Of a stretch of DNA of 64,000 nucleotides, positions 44,792 through 53,928 are shown one piece after another. Below the pieces are notes generated by a model. The model saw only the letters and a list, made by a program, of their open reading frames with translations, was not told where the DNA came from and did not search any database. Position 1 is the stretch's first letter. Each line of letters begins with the position of its first letter. Position numbers and translations under genes: made by a program. The DNA lies in sequence record PV261924.1. One strand, 5' to 3'.

Positions 44792-47700
44792 TCAACTACT
44801 GATAGTACCAAATGTCTTCCACTCATTGTTAGTTGTGTAGACCCAACCAACTGTTCCACCACTTGCTGGGTTTGCATTGTAAACGATATCACCAGGGTTA
44901 CCAGCATCAGATGGAGTGGCAATACCGACAGTGATTTTTCTAGACACCTGGGCATTACCTTGAATGAAGATGTTATTGGCTTCAATACCTTCAGATGAAG
45001 TACTGACTACCTTTTTGGTGAATTGAACAGGACCATTGAACTCTGAGAGAATGTTGGACTTGTCACCACCATCAACAACAACGTTTCTTTCAATCTTAAC
45101 CACAGAACTATCAACAAAGTTGAAATCGGAAACATCGTTTGTAGAACCAACCGTATATGGGTCTTCTCCACATATCGTTTGAACTGGCGTATCATAAACT
45201 TGTTCTCTACCAGTATTAGATGCGATTCTCTTATTACCAATAAAGAAGTCACCTCTATCATTCATACCAGTGTAGTTGACAACACCACCACTAGTGGACT
45301 GTGATTGAGCAGTAATTTGTTGATCAAGTGTAAGTTGTTTTGTTTGCTTATCAGGGAATGCGGTTGAGTAGTTACCTGGACCATAACCAAGATATTCAAA
45401 TGTGTGTGCAGATGCTCTGATCAGTGAGTTTCTTCTAAATTCGATAGGATAGAAAAGAATTCTCTGAACTACTGAACCAGATACATGGGTATCTGCGATA
45501 GAACCATAAACACCTCTGAATACCTTCAATTGTGTTACACCAGAAGTTCTACTTACAGTGGTCTTGATTCTCATGATTTCATCATTGACTTGAATGTAAT
45601 CACCAATCAAGAAACCAAAGTCTGTCATATTTGATACGTTAATTGTATCAGTGGTTTTACTTGTAATAGCCGCAGACAATGTAGTTGTGATACCAGCATA
45701 AATTGGTGTCTCTCTACCATGAAGTCTACCATTACCAACTACCAAATCACCAAAGTTATTTCTAATACCACCACTGTGAAGTCTGATAGTTCCACCAGTC
45801 GCAGGAGTGACGGTATTGACACCAACTTGAAGAACAACAGTTGTCAGACCAATCTTATCAACACAAACAAATGAACCATTGTAGAATGTCTGCGCAGCAC
45901 CACTGATGACTACACTGTTATTAACTCTAAAGTTGTTTGCATAGTCTGTAGTTACTGTTGCAAGTCCAACATCCTTATTATAAACAAAATTGCTCGTATC
46001 ATATGCAGGACCGATGACAGAGAATGCAGCTGGGGCACATATATTGTTTCCAAGACCAACTGTTGTGATACCTGGTGATACTGGTGCCAATGGTTCTACT
46101 TCAATCTCTTTAATTCCAGGAATTGAAGTCACTCTATAAAGTGAATTGTATGCTCTTCCATCATAATCATTGATACCAGCAATTCTAATGGTGTCGTTTC
46201 TGTTATCATAAATCTTGTTGACAGAACCTGTTGCTGCACTAAATCCAGTGGTTGTTGCAATACCAACAACTCTGAAAGTATCACCCTCGACGAATGCAGT
46301 ACCACCATCCATGACAGCAATGTCAATAATTTCACCTGTCGATGTTCCATCTACAGTAACCAATGCTGTTGCATTTCTACCAAGTGAACCAGCACCAAGG
46401 TTTTCAAGTGTTGCATTATAATAGTATTGAATGGTTGATGAACCATCACCATATCCAGCCCCTGGGTTATCAATAACTGCTCTGGTAATTCTGTTACAAC
46501 CATGGTCAGTATCAGTAAAGATTGTATATGCAGTACCAACGTTATTTGATACAATATCTGTAATACCAGCACCAACTCCACTATCACTAAAGAGTTCTTC
46601 TAAAGTCTCTCCAGTGATACTATTGGTGGGATTATTAATAACCGTCTCACCGATATTACTTGGAATAGCATAACATGCTGCAGATGTTGCAGTTGATTTT
46701 GGATTGTCTCTATCTAACTGTGGATAAAGATTTCCGACAGGTTGTGAGAATGCATATTCTTCAACATTGAATGGTGCAACAGATGGTTTTACATCAGCAT
46801 TAAGAACACTCAGGTAATAGATACCATCTTGCTCTCCATTCTTATAGTCATTAATAGTTTCTACATTATAAACGTAAAAGTCCTTAGAGAATTTCTTTCT
46901 CTTGACTGTTGGAAGTGCAGTGGTTCTCTGTGAAGTATTGTTAGTAAAGGTACCAGGACTTGATCGAATCTGATTTACCGAGAATGTTCTTGCACTACTG
47001 ATACCAGTGACCTCGTATGTACCGTTGAAACCAGAATTACCAACACCTACAGTTGGGAAGAGTGTACTTGTAACATTATTAATCTCAACGGTTGAACCAA
47101 TAGAAAGACCATGTGGTTTTTCAGTGGTATAGAATGCAAGTCCTGACCTGTAATCAACATTAGCAATAAAACTAAAGTTTCTCATTTGAGCATCATTGCT
47201 CATCGTAACAGAACCAGGGTTGAAATTAAGTGCAATCTCTGTATTTGATGTACTAGTTACATCGCTAGACTGTTGAATCACATAACCATCCAGAGGTGGT
47301 CTTGCTGAATCAGAACCTGTAGATGATGGAATGACGAATCTTACTTTATGAATTCTATCTGCAGATTGTCTGGTATCTTTCAGTCTTGTGATGTAAGACC
47401 TTGGGGTTGCATCACCTAATCCACCACCAACAACTTTTGCGTACAGATTATTTTCAGTAGAAGCAGATGAGACATTAACATACCATTGACGTTCTGTCGT
47501 ATCATATTGAACTGGGTGACCTACATCACCAGCATCCTTATCACCAACTCTACTCTCTACAATCAGAGTATCACCAAGATTGTTGATAGAAATCTTGTTT
47601 CCTGACAGTGAGTCGTTAAATGATTGTGCAAGTTGTAATTGATTACCACCCAGACCATCAACGATAGAGAAGTATACTTTATTACTCTCTAAACCATCAG

Positions 47701-49693
47701 GAAGTCTACCGTCATTTGAAATGACTCTAATCGATTCACCTTGAATGAACTGGTGGTCTTCTGTAAAGGTAAATGTAGAGTTTGTGATACTATTACCAGT
47801 TGATACATTTCTACCAACCCTGGCCATTTTTGATCCTGTTGCCTTCTTGGTAGCATATGCAGTGTTGTCCATGACAACTCTTGCTCTGAATACTTCAGGT
47901 GTACCACTTACAGGAATGACAACATTAATATTTTCTGTTTTCTTTGAACCAAATCTATAACCCTGAATTGTCGTATTAGGTGCCTCATCAGGATTGGTGA
48001 AGTTATAAAGATAAAGTCTTGAAGTATCTCCAACAGATGTTGTCTTTGTTACATCGATAGATGAGAACTCTACTGTTGCAATTTCTGGCTTAAGTGCCTT
48101 TGGTGGGATAATTTGAGTAATGTAACCAACATCATCCTGTGAGAATACATTATTCTTATATCCTCTTGAAGTCAGAGCAATCTGACCAAAGTTGGAGTTT
48201 GAGTTTGTGACAGAAAAATCACCACCAGACTCAGCTAAGAATTGATTTGAATATCCAATTGCGAAAATGGATACCAATTGCATGAATCCATTATTGGATA
48301 CCTTAATGTGATAGTTTGAATACTCTGGTTTATATACAGCATCAATGTCAGTGTGTAAATTAGGAATAGTGGTTGAATCATCAAACGAGCCACTATTTTG
48401 ATTATACTTGACAAATGCGTTGTCATCAACTTGAAGACCTACACCAGTATATTGTGCAGCAACCATGGATTTGAAACCCGTTGCCTTACTACCATCGGCA
48501 TGCATACCACACATACCAAAAATAGATCTCAATGACACATTGAAGATATAGGGAGATGCAGAAGTAACAGTATCAGTAGAAAGAACTACACTTGTACCAG
48601 TTGGGTTAGGAAGTGCGTCACCTGGAGCTACAGGAACTTCATACTTAAATCCTGTAACACCAATTTCATTAGTAGAGGTGATTTCTGTGACAAGATAAGT
48701 ACCGTTATATCTCTTATCGGTTACATCATTAATGATAACGTTAGTATCAACATTAAGACCAATGATCGCATTTGACAATTTAACATCAATGACAGAAGTT
48801 GGTGTGACACCATCACCTGCCTTGATACTGTTGATACCTACTTCACCAGAGACAGGTCCAACAATTCTATATTCATCAATTCTTGGTTCAATATCTACAT
48901 TCGCACTTGGATAATCAGGTTCAATCTCTCTTCCACTTGCTGGACCATATACAATACCAATCTTCTCATAATACATATCCAAATCAGTACGGTCTGTTGA
49001 ATATGAAATAAAGTCGTCATTGATATTGACTTTATTATTACCGTCCGCATATTCAAAAACAGTCAGTTTGTGGTGTGAAAATGTTGGTTTGAATTTGTTT
49101 GTCGTATAATCTTTATATGCTGGTTTTTGTGGATCAGCATCTTTGATAGTACAACTGTTCAGATAACAACCACCAGTTACTCTTAAGATTGCTGAGGGTT
49201 CAATTGCATTATTTTCAGGGTTTGGAACATAAATCGGACGAATCACACATTTTCTAAGATCCTGTCCAACAACAGATACACCACGAGGCATAATAACACC
49301 ACCATGGATACTATTCAGTTTATAGAGAATATTGTTGGTATCAAAGATATCGAAGTTTGATGTGTTACTAAAAGCAGTAAAATCAGAAGAAGTTATACCA
49401 TTCCTCTGTAGAAACGTATTTCCTCCAGTCGGAATCCAACCAGGTCTATTATCAATGTGGTGGACACCTGGTGACAAATAAATTGTAGTCTTTTCAAACC
49501 TATCATTATCTTTACCTTTCTGATAGGAGAACCTTGATGCCTCTACCAGAGCTCTTTGAATGGTTTTGAATGGACGTGCAAGAGAATTACCTTGGTTCTC
49601 TACCCCATCAGTTGCATCCAAATTGTTTGGATCAACATACAGAATATTTCCCTTAACGTTCTTCAGAAAATTATCTAAGCGAGATAATGGCAT
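44792..49693 (-). CDS. large virion structural/tail protein, 1633 aa
   Basis: MPLSRLDNFLKN..GNILYV.PN...PFKTIQRAL, beta-helix-like; typical of T4-like cyanophages. Confidence 0.8.
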   Translation of the reverse strand: MPLSRLDNFLKNVKGNILYVDPNNLDATDGVENQGNSLARPFKTIQRALVEASRFSYQKGKDNDRFEKTTIYLSPGVHHIDNRPGWIPTGGNTFLQRNGITSSDFTAFSNTSNFDIFDTNNILYKLNSIHGGVIMPRGVSVVGQDLRKCVIRPIYVPNPENNAIEPSAILRVTGGCYLNSCTIKDADPQKPAYKDYTTNKFKPTFSHHKLTVFEYADGNNKVNINDDFISYSTDRTDLDMYYEKIGIVYGPASGREIEPDYPSANVDIEPRIDEYRIVGPVSGEVGINSIKAGDGVTPTSVIDVKLSNAIIGLNVDTNVIINDVTDKRYNGTYLVTEITSTNEIGVTGFKYEVPVAPGDALPNPTGTSVVLSTDTVTSASPYIFNVSLRSIFGMCGMHADGSKATGFKSMVAAQYTGVGLQVDDNAFVKYNQNSGSFDDSTTIPNLHTDIDAVYKPEYSNYHIKVSNNGFMQLVSIFAIGYSNQFLAESGGDFSVTNSNSNFGQIALTSRGYKNNVFSQDDVGYITQIIPPKALKPEIATVEFSSIDVTKTTSVGDTSRLYLYNFTNPDEAPNTTIQGYRFGSKKTENINVVIPVSGTPEVFRARVVMDNTAYATKKATGSKMARVGRNVSTGNSITNSTFTFTEDHQFIQGESIRVISNDGRLPDGLESNKVYFSIVDGLGGNQLQLAQSFNDSLSGNKISINNLGDTLIVESRVGDKDAGDVGHPVQYDTTERQWYVNVSSASTENNLYAKVVGGGLGDATPRSYITRLKDTRQSADRIHKVRFVIPSSTGSDSARPPLDGYVIQQSSDVTSTSNTEIALNFNPGSVTMSNDAQMRNFSFIANVDYRSGLAFYTTEKPHGLSIGSTVEINNVTSTLFPTVGVGNSGFNGTYEVTGISSARTFSVNQIRSSPGTFTNNTSQRTTALPTVKRKKFSKDFYVYNVETINDYKNGEQDGIYYLSVLNADVKPSVAPFNVEEYAFSQPVGNLYPQLDRDNPKSTATSAACYAIPSNIGETVINNPTNSITGETLEELFSDSGVGAGITDIVSNNVGTAYTIFTDTDHGCNRITRAVIDNPGAGYGDGSSTIQYYYNATLENLGAGSLGRNATALVTVDGTSTGEIIDIAVMDGGTAFVEGDTFRVVGIATTTGFSAATGSVNKIYDNRNDTIRIAGINDYDGRAYNSLYRVTSIPGIKEIEVEPLAPVSPGITTVGLGNNICAPAAFSVIGPAYDTSNFVYNKDVGLATVTTDYANNFRVNNSVVISGAAQTFYNGSFVCVDKIGLTTVVLQVGVNTVTPATGGTIRLHSGGIRNNFGDLVVGNGRLHGRETPIYAGITTTLSAAITSKTTDTINVSNMTDFGFLIGDYIQVNDEIMRIKTTVSRTSGVTQLKVFRGVYGSIADTHVSGSVVQRILFYPIEFRRNSLIRASAHTFEYLGYGPGNYSTAFPDKQTKQLTLDQQITAQSQSTSGGVVNYTGMNDRGDFFIGNKRIASNTGREQVYDTPVQTICGEDPYTVGSTNDVSDFNFVDSSVVKIERNVVVDGGDKSNILSEFNGPVQFTKKVVSTSSEGIEANNIFIQGNAQVSRKITVGIATPSDAGNPGDIVYNANPASGGTVGWVYTTNNEWKTFGTISS

Positions 49694-49734
49694 CTGTCTT
49701 GCACACGATATCTATTATTAGATATTTATTACAT

Positions 49735-49759
49735 AAAAAAACCACCCAGAGGGTGGTTG
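49735..49759 (-). terminator. intrinsic terminator
   Basis: AACCACCC-TCT-GGGTGGTT followed by a T tract. Confidence 0.8.
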
Positions 49760-49790
49760 ATTAGCAACAGAGTGCTTCCTTCACACGGCT
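49735..49790 (-). ncRNA. candidate small RNA, about 55 nt
   Basis: consensus promoter and terminator enclose an ORF-less, foldable sequence. Confidence 0.55.
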
Positions 49791-49795
49791 CTAAT

Positions 49796-49824
49796 ATTAT
49801 AACACTAGATCATATCATTGTCAA
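49796..49824 (-). promoter_or_regulatory. perfect consensus sigma70 promoter
   Basis: TTGACA (49819-49824), 17 bp, TG-T-TATAAT (49796-49801). Confidence 0.85.
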
Positions 49825-50119
49825 GTAGATACTCTACTGTGTTAGCAACATCATTCATCGCATCACGAAGTTCTTCTCGATTTCCACTCTCCATAATCTT
49901 GAGATTTTCGTCAGAAGTGAGTGTCCATCTCCATTCCTCCATATCGTTGGAATACCAGAAATTGACTTTCATGTGTTTTGTGTAGTGACTACTTTCACAC
50001 CGAAAATACAATCTAAGTTGTATTTCCTTCTCATCATTATATATCTGGGGTTCAGGAGTCTTGTAAGGATTTCTGGATTTGACATATATTTTGTCGTATT
50101 TGGTTGGTGTAAGTGGCAT
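49805..50119 (-). CDS. hypothetical protein (true start possibly internal)
   Basis: ORF track; C-terminal MKVNFWYSNDMEEWRWTL... is the most protein-like part. Confidence 0.6.
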   Translation of the reverse strand: MPLTPTKYDKIYVKSRNPYKTPEPQIYNDEKEIQLRLYFRCESSHYTKHMKVNFWYSNDMEEWRWTLTSDENLKIMESGNREELRDAMNDVANTVEYLLDNDMI

Positions 50120-50176
50120 GTATGTTTCGTATTAGGTAGTATTCTAACAACGAATAATAAAACACTCAATTCATAA

Positions 50177-50258
50177 TAGGAGTGGTGGGACTTGAACCCA
50201 CAAGGCTACTGCCGCAGAATTTTAAATTCTGTATGTTTACCGATTTCATCACACTCCC
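50177..50258 (-). tRNA. trnL: tRNA-Leu (anticodon UAA), CCA not encoded
   Basis: acceptor GGGAGTG/CACTCCT-A; anticodon arm CAGAA-TTTAAAA-TTCTG; long variable arm; T-arm GTGGG-TTCAAGT-CCCAC. Confidence 0.9.
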
Positions 50259-50264
50259 AAAAAA

Positions 50265-50435
50265 TCAGGTAATAGGATTACCCAGTTTATCGTAGGTTGG
50301 TGGATTGAGACGACAATACTCATTAAAAGTAATTTTCATCTCTTTGTACGTCAGACCACAATTATTTGCTGCTTCTGGTAAATTCCATTTTGCGGAAAAT
50401 AACATTTCCATGGATTGTCGGGTTTCTGGTCTCAT
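50265..50435 (-). CDS. small cyanophage-type protein, 56 aa (MRPETRQSMEMLFSAKWNLPEAA...)
   Basis: hand-translated. Confidence 0.7.
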   Translation of the reverse strand: MRPETRQSMEMLFSAKWNLPEAANNCGLTYKEMKITFNEYCRLNPPTYDKLGNPIT

Positions 50436-50492
50436 ATAAAAAAGTAATGGGCCCTAAAATTTACTGGGATTTTTTTCTCGGCATTTTGCAAA

Positions 50493-50717
50493 TCAAAAGC
50501 CGATTTTGACTGGAGCTTCAGCATAAGCAACGATGTCCTCGTCAACTACCTTTTCAATCAAGTCAAGAACACGGGAGAACTGGTCTTCGTCGTCACAGTC
50601 AACGGTTCGTTTGTTACCGACACTAGAGTAAAGATAGAACTTACTGAGGTGAGGGTCAACCACGACCCGAGTCAGAAATTCGTCATCTTCATTCTTAAGA
50701 AAGGTGAAGTCAGACAT
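50493..50717 (-). CDS. hypothetical protein, 74 aa
   Basis: ORF track; promoter at 50741-50769. Confidence 0.8.
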   Translation of the reverse strand: MSDFTFLKNEDDEFLTRVVVDPHLSKFYLYSSVGNKRTVDCDDEDQFSRVLDLIEKVVDEDIVAYAEAPVKIGF

Positions 50718-50740
50718 AGTTGTTTGTTGATTACCTTAGT

Positions 50741-50785
50741 AGTATAGGTCAGTCAAGACCCCGTGTCAAGGGCAGAGTGCCAGTT
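50741..50785 (-). promoter_or_regulatory. sigma70-like promoter with upstream AACTGGCAC box
   Basis: TTGACA (50764-50769), 17 bp, TATACT (50741-50746); box at 50777-50785 resembles the box at 17342. Confidence 0.75.
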
Positions 50786-51847
50786 CTAATATGGTCCACC
50801 AAAAGCAGGGTCTTGTAAGATTGTTATGGCCGCATTCAAGTCAGTAATTGAATTCTGTACCTTTGAATTAGATTTCGATAATGCCCAGATATTTGATGCA
50901 TATCCCTTCTTATATCCTTTGATAGTAGAAGAACTATTGGCGTAAGATGTGATACCTGTCCTCTGAGTTCCTATCTCTGTGATTTCAGAATCAATCTGTG
51001 TTTTTACTGCTGCACCAGAGACTGTGTTAAATGCGAATACTGTTCCTTTGACTGGAATTACATCGTCACAATCAACAATGCTACCAATGACATTAGGGGA
51101 AAGTGAATTAGAATAGAATGTATTAGCAGCACCCAGACCAGACATATTAGTAACAAGGAGTTTTGCCTGATAATTTCTGAAAGGGCTACCTACTGTTGTA
51201 TTAGGTGGTTCCAAATCTGGATAGAAGGTGACAATTGTATTATCATTACGAATACCACCAGTACCAACATAATTTACAAATGATGGGCCACCACTATATG
51301 CAATACCAGGTTGTACACCAAAATAAACTGTCTGACCAATACCAAAATTACCTGACACATTTCTGACAAGAACACTAAGTGCCGTACCAACAGTTGCTGT
51401 TGCATTAACTGCAACAACACCAGTAGCACCTGAAAATGAACTTATTGCAGTTCCTGCTGAAATACTTTGAGAAACTGTGACCGCAACTCCTGTAAAGTTT
51501 AGATTGTGATAAACTTCTTTGGTAGTAAGAACAGTGTTGAACTGAGTTGTAACTGCAGTATCCGCGTCTCCAGATGAGGCATAATATTTTGGATAAGTTA
51601 CAAAGTTAGAATATTGTCCTAATGTGACAATATCATCCTTGTTTGTATTGATACCTGCCATCTTATTGATGACAACATTATCCATGACAGTACAAGGTTG
51701 TTTGAACTGTTCGTATCTAAAAGTATTGATACCCAGAGTAGTTTGACTACCATTCAACTGGAGTAATGTTGTCTTAGATTCAACCTGTGCATTTAACAAT
51801 CCCACAACAGGTGTGTATCCCTCATAACTTGTAACTGCGAATCCCAT
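50786..51847 (-). CDS. virion/baseplate-region protein, 353 aa
   Basis: ORF track; gp5 operon context. Confidence 0.7.
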   Translation of the reverse strand: MGFAVTSYEGYTPVVGLLNAQVESKTTLLQLNGSQTTLGINTFRYEQFKQPCTVMDNVVINKMAGINTNKDDIVTLGQYSNFVTYPKYYASSGDADTAVTTQFNTVLTTKEVYHNLNFTGVAVTVSQSISAGTAISSFSGATGVVAVNATATVGTALSVLVRNVSGNFGIGQTVYFGVQPGIAYSGGPSFVNYVGTGGIRNDNTIVTFYPDLEPPNTTVGSPFRNYQAKLLVTNMSGLGAANTFYSNSLSPNVIGSIVDCDDVIPVKGTVFAFNTVSGAAVKTQIDSEITEIGTQRTGITSYANSSSTIKGYKKGYASNIWALSKSNSKVQNSITDLNAAITILQDPAFGGPY

Positions 51848-52689
51848 TACTTACCTCTCTTATCGTAGTCGTATCCTGCAATAGAGAATCTACTATTATC
51901 ACCTGGATAATCTGCTGGACTATCACCTTTATATTCTACATGTAATTTCTCATCATACTTTCTTGCTGCCCAGACTTGGTAGTAACATTCGATAGGACCA
52001 CCCTCTCTATTTCTAATCTCAATTTTTTTACCCCAGTCAATAGAGTCAACATATAGTTCTTGGTATGAACCAATAGGTGTCAATTGAACAGAAATACTCT
52101 CTGGGTCAACAAGACCATCCCAATAACTTGGACAGGTGATTGATGTTCCTTTCAGTTTACCTCTAATATAAATCGGTCCATCCTCAGGACCCTCAACACA
52201 AATGTGTCTGATTCTGTGTCCTTTTTTGGTTGGATGTTCAATATCAAATCCTTTATCACTCAAAGGTACCTTATCCAGAATAGATGCGGCGACATCACCA
52301 ACACCAGCCAGGTTTAGAATACCATTCAGACCCACATCACCAGCAATATCAATATTACCAAGAGTTTGCATGTCACCAACCATGTTGGCAAACTCAGTGA
52401 GTTCATTAAGGACAGGAATATTACCAAATGATGCTTCTTCTGTGACCTGTGCAGTTGACACAGAGTCTAGATGTTGACCCACATAATTTTCATATGTGTT
52501 CATCAAGAATGAACCAATATCTGTATTCTTGAATGCGGTGTCTTGGTTAATCAATGTATGCCATAGACCCTCTTTGTCTGTAGCATCAAAATCAAAATCA
52601 CCAGTAAAATACTGTGGTCCAGAAAATGTTCCAAAGTGTTTGAAAATAAACTTATATGGAACCTCTTTAATATTATAATTACCTAGCAT
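51847..52689 (-). CDS. baseplate-region protein with H.C.EGPE domain
   Basis: FDIEHP...RHICVEGPE. Confidence 0.7.
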   Translation of the reverse strand: MLGNYNIKEVPYKFIFKHFGTFSGPQYFTGDFDFDATDKEGLWHTLINQDTAFKNTDIGSFLMNTYENYVGQHLDSVSTAQVTEEASFGNIPVLNELTEFANMVGDMQTLGNIDIAGDVGLNGILNLAGVGDVAASILDKVPLSDKGFDIEHPTKKGHRIRHICVEGPEDGPIYIRGKLKGTSITCPSYWDGLVDPESISVQLTPIGSYQELYVDSIDWGKKIEIRNREGGPIECYYQVWAARKYDEKLHVEYKGDSPADYPGDNSRFSIAGYDYDKRGK

Positions 52690-53356
52690 TATTTTTTACC
52701 TCCGTTTTAAGTCTGGGAACATCTTTTCTTTCGGCACATACAAGATAATAACAATCAATAGGGATACCAGGTCTTGACCCAAGAGTAATCTTATTATCCT
52801 GAATACGTTTTATGTATACACTCTGTTCACATCCAATAGGTGTGAGAGTTACAGTGATAGAGAGTTCTTCTACAAGGTCTCTCCATACTTCAGGTAGTAC
52901 AATCTCGTCGTGATTTCTCAATCTACCACGATGATATACACCATTCTCTGGACCTTCTAGACAAGAGTGTACTAGATTGTATCCTTTCCTCTGTGGATGA
53001 GGAATAGAGAAGTTCTTTACTTTTGCAATGATAACCTCAGAGTAAATTATTTTTGCTCTGATGTTAGAAACTGTAAGTAGTTTGTCAACCTTCAAGAAAC
53101 TTTTAATTCTTGCATAGGTTTTTGTAATCATTGCATAGAATGGAGGAGGAATCATCTCCACATTCTCATTCTGACCCAACATGGTCGCACCCAATTCAAA
53201 AGGGTCGGGTTTATTGAATTCGGAAGGGTCACCAGTGATTTGTGGTCCTTCAATATATGCAGAACCACGTACTTCTTTTGGTCCTCTACCTAAAATTTCA
53301 GGTTTACCAAGACCACAAAATAGTCTCTTGCCAACATTTATATCAGGTACCTTCAT
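52679..53356 (-). CDS. baseplate-region protein with H.C.EGPE domain
   Basis: FSIPHP...VHSCLEGPE; paralogous to the downstream neighbour. Confidence 0.7.
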   Translation of the reverse strand: MKVPDINVGKRLFCGLGKPEILGRGPKEVRGSAYIEGPQITGDPSEFNKPDPFELGATMLGQNENVEMIPPPFYAMITKTYARIKSFLKVDKLLTVSNIRAKIIYSEVIIAKVKNFSIPHPQRKGYNLVHSCLEGPENGVYHRGRLRNHDEIVLPEVWRDLVEELSITVTLTPIGCEQSVYIKRIQDNKITLGSRPGIPIDCYYLVCAERKDVPRLKTEVKNNAR

Positions 53357-53928
53357 TCTCTGTTTTGCTCCTCATTTTGAGAGATAGATTTTGATCCCTT
53401 CACACTTGTTGCACCATCTGCAACATCAACAAGACCACCATACATGTTAAGAATACCTCTTCCGATAGTCTCTACAGTTTTCTCAGAGAATATCTTGGTA
53501 GATACTTTTGATGATACATCAATAGTCTGTGACTTAATAATAACTTTTTCGTTACCATTAATATTTACTACACCATTTTCACCATCTGCACCTGATGCTA
53601 CAAGGTCAATATTGATACCTTCAATCCTGACCCTTCCACTTGGTGCCTTGAGTACCAAGTCACCACTAACTGCTTCAATGTATACTCCAGGATGGTCATC
53701 GTCTACATTGTCTCCTGCCCTTACCTGAAAACTACCAGGTGAACGACAGATGGTACCATGTTTTCTATGTTTCTCACCCGTAGCATCAAGAGTTATGTAA
53801 TGTTTTAAAGAGCCACCATTTCTCAACATAACAGCAGAGAGGACATTATCTTGAGTGATATGTCCAAACTGCAGTTCACCCTCTGCGGTACCATACCTAA
53901 TAGTATGGTAATTTTTTAACTCTGCCAT
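53353..53928 (-). CDS. baseplate spike-associated beta-rich protein
   Basis: directly downstream of gp5; repetitive beta-strand pattern. Confidence 0.55.
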   Translation of the reverse strand: MAELKNYHTIRYGTAEGELQFGHITQDNVLSAVMLRNGGSLKHYITLDATGEKHRKHGTICRSPGSFQVRAGDNVDDDHPGVYIEAVSGDLVLKAPSGRVRIEGINIDLVASGADGENGVVNINGNEKVIIKSQTIDVSSKVSTKIFSEKTVETIGRGILNMYGGLVDVADGATSVKGSKSISQNEEQNRE

